From Luteolibacter sp. (lineage in GTDB: Bacteria; Verrucomicrobiota; Verrucomicrobiia; Verrucomicrobiales; Akkermansiaceae): 64,000 nucleotides of DNA. The stretch lies in contig JAUYNL010000046.1 of NCBI GenBank assembly GCA_030696085.1, forward strand, positions 4,696 through 68,695. Reading direction: 5' to 3'. The position numbers and the translations under genes are program-made. Shown piece after piece: positions 58,239 through 64,000 of this stretch. Position 1 is the stretch's first letter, and every line of letters starts with the position of its first letter. The notes beneath the pieces are model-generated. The model did not search any database. It was not told the DNA's origin and saw only the letters and a list, made by a program, of their open reading frames with translations.

Positions 58239-58763
58239 TTACGAGGGTGAAAATTCAAGGCCGGAAAACCTCGCCGGCCATCGTCCGCCTCAAGGCGAAC
58301 CGCTCTGGCCCGCCGTGATTTCTTCTCTCCGCACAAAGTGGCTGGGACTCGCAGCCCCAATCCGTCTGGGTTAGGGGTCACTCTGTCCCCTTTCCTTGTG
58401 TCAGCGGCCGGAATCTCACCGGGGCACGGAGCTTCTTCGCGGTTGGGGGGTGCATTGAATGAACGCGAATGAGCACGGGCTGCAACCTCAAGCGGCCTTT
58501 CAACCCCGATTGCCTCAGGTGGGGTTTGATCGCGAAGAAGGTGGTCCGATTGCCGGACGCGGCGCGAAAAATTCACTGGCAAGGAGGTTTGTAAGCCGAC
58601 ATTCTCTCTCGGCGGTGCCAGAAAAGCCACAATCCGGGCGCAGCCGATTCAATTCTAGTTTCAGTTTCACCTGTCCAGTCCCACCTGTCCCAGGAAAGCT
58701 CCTGGCATTTTGAAAAAACTCCGATTTGACACGGTGAATCCAAGATGTTCAAATGAACCCGCA

Positions 58764-59957
58764 ATGACTCTCAAGACAATCGATCTTTTCGCGGGAGCCG
58801 GTGGCATTACCGAGGGGTTCAGGCAAGCTGGATCTGCCTGCCTTTTTGCCAACGATTTCAACCCTTACGCTTGCGAAACCTTTCGGCTCAACCACCCCGG
58901 GGTGGAGATGATCTGCGGGGCGATCCAGGATCTCGATGCATCGGCGATCCGGAAATCTCTTGCGATCCGGAAGGGCGAATTGGATGTCCTCGTTGCAGGG
59001 CCGCCCTGCCAAGGATTTTCAATCAATGCGCCGGAGCGGTTCCTTGAGGACCCACGAAACTCGCTTTTCAAGCATTATCTCCGTTTTGTGGATGAGTTTG
59101 CTCCGAAAACTTTTCTGTTCGAGAACGTCCCTGGAATGCTCTCCTTGGGCGGTGGAAGAATTTTCGACACCATTCTGAGCCAAATGCGTGAGCGTGGATA
59201 CCGGGTCAGCGCGCGCATTCTGCTCGCGGCCCATTATGGAGTCCCGCAAGTCCGCTGGCGCATGATCATTCTTGGATCTCAATTGGGCGAAGCACCCGCA
59301 CATCCCAAACCCAGCCACTACTACGATTGCCGCCCCAACTTCAAGGGAGGGGCTACCATTGCAACAAGGCTGGTTCCATTTGATCAACTTTCTCTCAAAA
59401 CGGCAGTCACCCTCGCGGACGCGATTTCCGATCTACCTCCCGTCGAGGCGGGGGGAGGCGAGGAGGTGATGGCCTATGGAAAGCGGACTCCCAAGTCGAG
59501 CTACGGAGAATCCATGCGCGAAGGCAGCAGGGTGCTTTACAATCATACCGCGAACCGGCTTTCCAAGATCAACTTCGACAGACTGGCGCACATCGCCCCG
59601 GGTTCCGCCTGGACAAGCATTCCGCATGCGCTGCTTCCCGCAGGAATGAAAAAGGCACGCACCAGCGATCACACGATGCGCTACGGCCGGCTTTCCTGGC
59701 AATCGCTGGCGGGCACCATGATGACGAAATGTGATCCCCATTGGGGAGCGGTCTTTCACCCTGGTCAGGATCGGACGTTTACGGTGCGCGAGACCGCGAG
59801 GATACAGAGTTTCCCGGATAGTTACCGCTTCCTCGGTCCCCGGGCCGCGCAGTATGAGCAGGTTGGCAACGCCGTCCCCGTTCTGTTGGCGAAGGCCATC
59901 GCGAACTCTCTGGCCAAGCACTTGGCCGCAACCACTCCTGAAGCACGATGCCTCTAA
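58764..59957 (+). CDS. DNA (cytosine-5)-methyltransferase
   Basis: IDLFAGAGGITEGF (motif I), LVAGPPCQGFS (motif IV), ENVPGM (VI), QVRWRMIILG (VIII), TVRETARIQSFPD (IX), GNAVPVLLAKAI (X). The track start (58710) is TTG. I prefer ATG 58764. Confidence 0.92.
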   Translation: MTLKTIDLFAGAGGITEGFRQAGSACLFANDFNPYACETFRLNHPGVEMICGAIQDLDASAIRKSLAIRKGELDVLVAGPPCQGFSINAPERFLEDPRNSLFKHYLRFVDEFAPKTFLFENVPGMLSLGGGRIFDTILSQMRERGYRVSARILLAAHYGVPQVRWRMIILGSQLGEAPAHPKPSHYYDCRPNFKGGATIATRLVPFDQLSLKTAVTLADAISDLPPVEAGGGEEVMAYGKRTPKSSYGESMREGSRVLYNHTANRLSKINFDRLAHIAPGSAWTSIPHALLPAGMKKARTSDHTMRYGRLSWQSLAGTMMTKCDPHWGAVFHPGQDRTFTVRETARIQSFPDSYRFLGPRAAQYEQVGNAVPVLLAKAIANSLAKHLAATTPEARCL

Positions 59958-60884
59958 GATACTACGAATGCTTCGGCCACCCAATCGACTCGCCGCAGTT
60001 AGGCGAGGCTTTCCGTAAAAAAACGTTGCCCATTTGTCGGGGGAACGTGCTCGAAGTCTTTTTCCAATGGGATCATTAATGGAGCCTGTACCTTGGTGAA
60101 TCCGACCAACAGCGTTCCCGTTCCATGCTGTCCCAAACGTCTTTACGGCGATGATTTCCGTGTGCTCCAGGATGTCGTCCGTGCCGCGTGGGGTGAGGGT
60201 GTGCCGCTGATTCCTCAAGGAGGTGATATTCCGCTCTCCGGAGATTTCGTGATCCCGTTCGGGCAAAAACAAGGTCAGGAAATCCGTATTGCTTACAAGG
60301 AACTGAAGAGTGCTTCCAAATTCTCAATCGATTGGATTCTGGCCAAAGTGGATGGGAACCGGAATCTTGAGGGTTTTGTTGCGGTGGAAGTCCAGACCAT
60401 TGACACCACCGGCAACTACCAGTGGCCGTTCCATGAACTTGCGGCTGTGCATGACCCGGCAACGGCCATGGCGATGAAGCTGCCCAAATCCAAGGCTTCC
60501 AGTCTGAATTTTGAGAATGTCAATAAACGCATCCTTCCGCAGCTCATTACAAAAGGTCATGTATTGAGAAGGGAGCAGCTTTGCACAAAAGGGCTTTTCT
60601 TTATTTGTCCAACTGCGGTGCATGACCGGATCCTGACTCGGGTCGGCAAGTTGGATGACTATCCGATCCAATCGGGCTCAGTGACGTTTCTATCCTATTC
60701 CGTGAATCAGGATTCCAGAATGGTTCCGAAATCACTCATTCTCGACCACCAGACAACTACCACGACGGATCAGCTCTCACTGGCCTTTTCATCTCCGAAG
60801 TATCTGCCTCCTCAAGGGGTTTATGAGGAGGCGATCCGGAGAGCTTTGTCGAAGCGGTTCAATCAAACTCCGTGTGGATCCTGA
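59948..60884 (+). pseudogene. type II restriction endonuclease gene (NotI-like by recollection) interrupted by a 1-nt frame change at an A7 run
   Basis: ATG 59948 overlaps the methyltransferase stop (ATGCCTCTAA). That frame reads MPLRYYECFGHPIDSPQLGEAFRKK and stops at 60077-60079. The +1 frame is open from 60003 and reads ...KKRCPFVGGTCSKSFSNGIINGACTLVNPTNSVPVPCCPKRLYG... through to 60884 (track ORF 60093..60884). The frames meet at A7 (60017-60023). A PD-(D/E)XK-like core is present (FSIDWILAKVD...VAVEVQTID). Confidence 0.65.
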
Positions 60885-61061
60885 TGTTCTGATGTAACAC
60901 CATGTCCAGCATGTCTTTGAGCATCAGGCCATTGCGCACACCCAGAGGATTTGATACTGCTTGCGCCATGAGGACTCTCGATTGACCGGCAAACGGCAAT
61001 CACGCTGCCGCGCAACCCGGGGCGGTTGACAGCGCCCACGCCCGCCGCTTTGCTCGCCGGG

Positions 61062-62048
61062 ATGTCTCCCGATTCGCAACAGGACTTCGCGCTCGCGTTT
61101 CTGAGCATTCTCTTCGAGGGGGCCCCCTTCATCCTGCTGGGCACCCTGGCCAGCGGCTTCATCGACATCTATTTGCCGGCCGGAACGATGGACCGCTTCC
61201 TGCCGAAAAACCGCAAGCTGGCGATCGCGGCGGCCGGCTTGTTAGGCGCGGTGTTTCCGGTCTGCGAGTGCGCGGTGGTGCCGGTGATCCGCCGCCTGGT
61301 GAAGAAGGGCCTGCCCGTTTCCTGCGCCATCACCTACATGCTCGCCGCTCCCATCGTGAATCCGATCACCGCGTTGAGCACCTGGAAGGCATTCCAGGGC
61401 CAGGGCGCGGCGATGATGACCAGCTCGCGCCTGCTGCTGGGCTTCCTCATCGCGGTGGCCGTGGGCCTGATCGTCTCCCGGCTGCCGCTGGCGATGGTGC
61501 TCAAGGAGAAGCTCGTCGAGTCGCTCGATGAGCCGGAGCACCATCATCCGCATGAGCCGCACATGCACGAGCACGGGGATTGCCGCGAACATCATTCCTG
61601 CGACTGTCATGGAACCAAGGACGATCAGGATCACCGCCTGGTAGCGGCCTTCCGCTCCGCGATGAAGGACTTCGTGGATGTGGGCGTGTATTTCTCGATC
61701 GGTGTCTCGATCACCGCGCTGTTCAACACCGGCATCGCGCCCGGCGCGGTGTGGCTCGACAGCCTGGCGGGAAACCTGGTGGGAGCTCCCGCCGCGCTGA
61801 TGGCGCTGGCCTTCATCCTGAGCCTGTGCAGCACCTCGGACGCCTTCATCGCCGCCACCCTCGACAAGTTCGCCTGGGGCGCGAAACTCGCCTTCCTCAC
61901 CTTCGGCCCGATGATGGATGTGAAACTGATCTTCCTCTATCAGACCGTGATGCGGAAAAACTTCATCATCGCGCTGGGCCTCGGATTGTTCCTCGCCATC
62001 GGCGCGATCACCATTTTCTGGCAACACCTTGTTTTCCAAGTGAAATGA
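61062..62048 (+). CDS. permease (PF03773-type, large subunit of a two-component membrane permease), His/Cys-rich loop
   Basis: Multi-TM protein. It has a CECAVVPV motif and a cytoplasmic loop EPEHHHPHEPHMHEHGDCREHHSCDCHG. There is an ATGA overlap with the downstream gene. The track start at 61026 is TTG. I prefer ATG 61062. Confidence 0.75.
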   Translation: MSPDSQQDFALAFLSILFEGAPFILLGTLASGFIDIYLPAGTMDRFLPKNRKLAIAAAGLLGAVFPVCECAVVPVIRRLVKKGLPVSCAITYMLAAPIVNPITALSTWKAFQGQGAAMMTSSRLLLGFLIAVAVGLIVSRLPLAMVLKEKLVESLDEPEHHHPHEPHMHEHGDCREHHSCDCHGTKDDQDHRLVAAFRSAMKDFVDVGVYFSIGVSITALFNTGIAPGAVWLDSLAGNLVGAPAALMALAFILSLCSTSDAFIAATLDKFAWGAKLAFLTFGPMMDVKLIFLYQTVMRKNFIIALGLGLFLAIGAITIFWQHLVFQVK

Positions 62049-62863
62049 ACCCCAAACTCCGGCGCATCTTGTTTTCCCTGGCCGTGCTCGTCTGGAGCGG
62101 GGTGCTGCTGTATTTCCACGCCAGCGGACGCATCAACAAATACCTCGCGCCGGATTTCCGGCCGATCGCCTTTGCAGGCGGACTCGGGCTCGCGGTGCTG
62201 GGCCTCTTCAACCTGCTCACAGCCGGACAATCCGCCGATTGCGGCCATGATCACGGCGATGACGCGGATGCCCACGATCATGAAACCAGCGATGTGCATC
62301 CGCTGGTGGCGCTGTTGCTGATGGTCCTGCCGGTGGTCTGTTCGGTGGCATGGACCAAGGATGAATACTCCGCCGCCGCCCTGGCGCGCAAGGGGCTGTA
62401 TGACTCGCCGGCGGACATGAACACCTCGTTTCTCGCGTCAACGATGCCGCCACTCACCCGCGAGCAGATCGAGAAAAACCACCGCAAGACCGCGGACGGT
62501 TATTATGAGTTCAATCTCATGGAAATGTTTTTCGCCACCGGCGACCGCGAGATGCAGGCGGCCATCGATGGACTCAAGGTGGAAACCGAAGGCCGCTGGA
62601 TCGATGAGAAAACGCGCAACCCGAACGGCACGCGCAAGCGCCTCTACCGCTTGTTCATCACCTGCTGCGCCGCGGACAGCCGCGCGATCCCCATCGTGCT
62701 CGAGTTCGGAAAAACCCCGCCCGACCTGCCGGAGAACGGCTGGGTGAAGGTGGCCGGCACGATGCGATTCCTGTTGGAGGAGGGGGTGATCCAGCCGGTG
62801 CTGGTGGCCGAGCGAGCGCTGGCCGCCGAACCACCGTTCGAGGAAAGTTTCATGCGCAAGTGA
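62045..62863 (+). CDS. TIGR03943/DUF1980 family protein (small subunit of a two-component membrane permease)
   Basis: Start re-picked to ATG 62045: MNPKLRRILFSLAVLVWSGVLLYF..., a His/Asp-rich loop CGHDHGDDADAHDHE, and C-terminal RLFITCCAADSRAIPIVLEF. Confidence 0.75.
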   Translation: MNPKLRRILFSLAVLVWSGVLLYFHASGRINKYLAPDFRPIAFAGGLGLAVLGLFNLLTAGQSADCGHDHGDDADAHDHETSDVHPLVALLLMVLPVVCSVAWTKDEYSAAALARKGLYDSPADMNTSFLASTMPPLTREQIEKNHRKTADGYYEFNLMEMFFATGDREMQAAIDGLKVETEGRWIDEKTRNPNGTRKRLYRLFITCCAADSRAIPIVLEFGKTPPDLPENGWVKVAGTMRFLLEEGVIQPVLVAERALAAEPPFEESFMRK

Positions 62864-62876
62864 TGGGATCCCGGGC

Positions 62877-63485
62877 TCAGCCGGAAATCACGTTCTTGAT
62901 CTCACGCAGCAGGTCCGCGTGGGATTCCACGGCTTTGAACTGCGGAAACTCCAGCTTCACATTTTCCGGCGCGTGAATCAGGAAACCCACGTTCGCCTCG
63001 ATCAGCATCGTGGTGTCATTGTAGGAATCCCCCGCGCTGATGACCTGGTAGTTCATCCGCCGGAATGCCGCCACCGCCTCGCGCTTCTGCTCGCGGATGC
63101 GCAACTGGTAATCGACAATACGGTCGTCCTCCACCACCAGCCGGTGGCATAACAGCGTGGGCCAGTTGAGTTTCCAGATCAACGGCGTGGCGAACTGTTC
63201 GAAGGTGTCCGATAGAATGACGACCTGCACCAGGGTGCGCAGTTCATCGAGAAACTCCTTCGCGCCGGGCAGCGGATCGAGCGAGCCGATGACCTCCTGG
63301 ATGTCCGAAAGTTTGAGGCCGTGCTGGTCCAGAATGTCCAGACGTCCGCGCATGAGGATGTCGTAGTCCGGTTCATCGCGCGTGGTCCGGCGCAATTCAG
63401 GAATTCCGGTCTTCTCGGCGACGGCGATCCAGATCTCGGGTGTCAGCACCCCCTCCATGTCCAAAGTCACAATGGTTTGTTTCAC
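62877..63485 (-). CDS. thrH: bifunctional phosphoserine phosphatase/homoserine phosphotransferase ThrH
   Basis: Collinear match over essentially the full length to Pseudomonas ThrH as I recall it: LDMEGVLTPEIWIAVAEKTGI...TTRDEPDYDILM..RLDILDQHGLKLSDIQEVI...VVILSDTF...AAGDSYNDTTML...HAPENV..EFPQF. GTG start. Confidence 0.88.
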   Translation of the reverse strand: MKQTIVTLDMEGVLTPEIWIAVAEKTGIPELRRTTRDEPDYDILMRGRLDILDQHGLKLSDIQEVIGSLDPLPGAKEFLDELRTLVQVVILSDTFEQFATPLIWKLNWPTLLCHRLVVEDDRIVDYQLRIREQKREAVAAFRRMNYQVISAGDSYNDTTMLIEANVGFLIHAPENVKLEFPQFKAVESHADLLREIKNVISG

Positions 63486-63615
63486 GTGGCGGGAGGCTTT
63501 CAGAGCCGGCGGCGGGAATCAACCATCGAAGACGCCGCGGGTGGAAATCCACGGAAATCAGGATCTCCCCGGTTCATACCTTGATCCGGCCGCGGGTTGC
63601 CGCCAGATTCCCGCC

Positions 63616-64000
63616 GTGCACCGCAGCAAGATCCACCATCCCCACCCGGCAGGCCATGTGCCGCTGCCCGCCTTGGCGATCGGCGGGCTGTCGATGGCGC
63701 TGGCCGCGGGCATGGAGTGGCTGGGAATCCTCCCCCGGGTGAACGCCGGCATCGCCCGCATCGTTTCGCGCGGCGGCGCGGAAACCTTTCCCAAGCAGCT
63801 TCCCGACTGGGCGCTGTGGCTGGCTGCGGCCGCATTCGCCTTCGGCCTCGCCGCCGCCATCCTTGGCACGCCCGGCCCCGGACGCCGGGTGATCCTGTGG
63901 CTCAGCGCCGTCATTCTGGTGGCCGCCTGGGCACCGGTGCTCAGCCTCGCGGCCCATGCCCCGGACATCGCCGCCCCATGGATCGCCACCGTCTGGTCCG
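63616..64000 (+). CDS. hypothetical membrane protein, N-terminal part (runs off the window)
   Basis: Not in the track because there is no stop in the window. My translation gives ...VHRSKIHHPHPAGHVPLPALAIGGLSMALAAGMEWLGILPRVNAGIARIV...DWALWLAAAAFAFGLAAAILG...RRVILWLSAVILVAAWAPVLSLAA, with several TM-like segments. The start is uncertain (GTG 63541 or GTG 63616). Confidence 0.4.
   Translation, partial: MHRSKIHHPHPAGHVPLPALAIGGLSMALAAGMEWLGILPRVNAGIARIVSRGGAETFPKQLPDWALWLAAAAFAFGLAAAILGTPGPGRRVILWLSAVILVAAWAPVLSLAAHAPDIAAPWIATVWS

Noticed and set aside
58255-58285. GGCCGG...CCGGCC hairpin just after typA as a terminator
   Set aside because: The stem is short and GC-only with no following T-run, so I do not call an intrinsic terminator.

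Overview
This is a GC-rich window (about 60-65% by eye), densely coding and mostly housekeeping. The gene content suggests a Verrucomicrobia/PVC-type bacterium: a Minf_1886-family protein, a TIGR04073-like protein, and little Shine-Dalgarno signal. That taxonomic call is inference only. I can support about 58 CDS, two tRNA genes (Arg-ACG, Lys-CTT) and a type-A RNase P RNA.

The main blocks are:
- purB (partial), a tandem hsp20 pair, pbpC, ruvA, a hexuronate-type MFS transporter, gltX and aroE.
- A minus-strand sugar cluster: small TM protein, SLC45-like MFS, GH13 amylase, TIGR04073-like protein, GHL10 hydrolase.
- Two overlapping radical SAM/SPASM genes, a Y-family polymerase, a ROK kinase, rhomboid-mazG and glyQS.
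- A ParE-type toxin-antitoxin pair, hrpA and tadA.
- A dcw cluster on the minus strand: mraZ-rsmH-ftsL-ftsI-murE-murF-mraY-murD-LysM-ftsW.
- kdsB, pyrG, mnmA and typA.
- A lower-GC island carrying a C5-cytosine methyltransferase and a restriction-endonuclease gene.
- A His/Cys-rich two-gene permease and thrH.

The two most interesting observations are:
1. A 500-bp array of ten hairpins sits between mraZ and rsmH. Loop sequences are conserved and stems covary.
2. The restriction gene is split by a one-base frame change exactly at an A7 homopolymer. Its ATG overlaps the methyltransferase stop codon.

All homology calls come from my own recognition of the translated sequences. No searches were run. 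The ORF track uses alternative start codons and includes stop codons in its coordinates, so many starts given here are re-picked and carry uncertainty.
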